DNA of 64,000 nt from the NCBI GenBank assembly GCA_964016885.1, contig OZ024749.1, positions 29,884,001 through 29,948,000 on the forward strand, in the 5' to 3' direction. The stretch is from Eledone cirrhosa. Lineage: Eukaryota. The notes beneath the pieces were generated by a model. The model was not told where the DNA came from and ran no database searches. It saw only the letters and a program-made list of their open reading frames with translations. This document shows, in pieces, positions 62,865 to 64,000 of the stretch (position 1 is its first letter; each line of letters starts with the position of its first letter). The translations under genes and the position numbers were made by a program.

Positions 62865-63292
62865 TTCTTTATTTGCCACAAGGGCGCACAAGAAAAGGGG
62901 ACAATACAAGGACATATGCCGGGGATTTAATATACAATCGTGTAAAAAAAATGTTTGAAACAAACAAATTCAACAATCGAAATCCCCAATAGGGGGGGAA
63001 GCGTTACAAATGGGTTGTTTAATACCTCGTAGATAGAAAAACCCTCAACTCCAGGAGCGTGTTGTACAAGTGCTCCTTTTCTCCTTTTGCCTACAGGTTT
63101 ATATACAGAGAAGGGCCCAATCACTAGGGGCATTTTTGCTACATTCACCCACCTTTCATCAGTAAATTTACTGGGGTGCAGTGCCTCTCTCTCCACTCTG
63201 ATTCTCCTTCTAAAGTGGTACCTAAAGAAGGGAATCAATTGTTGTCCGGAGAGAAAGGCATCTGTCCTCAGTCCTCTCAATCTCGTCCACCA
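62865..63292 (-). mobile_element. Tx1-clade LINE 3' end ending in (CTAT)n
   Basis: IWWTRLRGLRTDAFLSGQQ.. matches the 49.4-kb copy; 3' UTR ..GTGGCAAATAAAGAAAT-CTATCTAT. Confidence 0.85.
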
Positions 63293-63374
63293 TATAGAGA
63301 TAGTCAGACAAACAGACAGACAGATACACACACACGCACACACACAAACATATATATATTAATTATTATATAAA

Positions 63375-63555
63375 TTGGCAGTATCGGTAGAGGGTTGGAC
63401 ACCATGCTTTCTAGCATAGTTACGTCCCTTTACAGTTTGAGTTCAAATCCCACCGAGGTTAACTTTGCCTTTCATCCTTACGAGGTCGATAAAATAAAGT
63501 ACCAGTAATGTACTGGGTAATTGCTGGCCTTGTGCCTAAAGTAGAAACAATTATT
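63375..63555 (+). mobile_element. tRNA-derived SINE
   Basis: TTGGCAGTATCGG, GAGTTCAAATCC, core. Confidence 0.85.
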
Positions 63556-64000
63556 ATATATATATATATATATGTTTATATATATATATATATATATATA
63601 TGTTTATATATATATATATATATATATTGGTAAAAGGAAAAGAAAATGCTGACAAATTGTTCCCAGTGAAAAATAGTTTAATTAGGAATAAGTAAAAATT
63701 AGTAATAGTATTGGTTAGTATTCAGTTTTGGTTTTAAGTTTTACCGGTTGCGCATTTCTAATGCTTTTCAAAAATAATTTTGAGATAGAGCGCCCGTGAT
63801 GTTTGCTCTAATCTGATTAGTTTTGGAAATTCTACCTGTTTTATGTAAAAAAAGTGGCTCCAGATGTATGAAAAAATTCTTGTGGTCAAAACACAATTTT
63901 GATTGGTCGGTAGAGGTCATGTGAATGTAAAAAATTGATTTTGCGCCAAATGTAGGTTTGTCTCGGCTGATTGAGAAGTCACTGAAAAATAAGTCTTTCA

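Overview
Eukaryotic, very AT-rich, repeat-saturated intergenic or intronic DNA. The SINE families and microsatellite load look cephalopod (Octopus-like; inference). No intact host gene is supportable, and nearly all track ORFs are microsatellite artefacts. Recognisable content: two Penelope-like element (PLE) remnants with GIY-YIG endonuclease and inverted pseudo-LTRs, plus a probable third; 3' fragments of RTE-, R4/Dong- and Tx1-type LINEs; about 20 tRNA-derived SINE copies; a non-autonomous Helitron; a small TIR element; several minisatellites. The main hidden signal is that many short 'unique' islands between (TA)n tracts are PLE-type termini, often fold-back palindromes. Together they carry about 25-30 type I hammerhead ribozyme (HHR) motifs from at least 12 unrelated sequence families, on both strands. 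Several families share non-canonical cores (U4A, U4C, A6U, 8-nt core, U-U at the base of helix II) while keeping paired, sometimes covarying, helices. All folds were done by eye; catalytic activity is untested.
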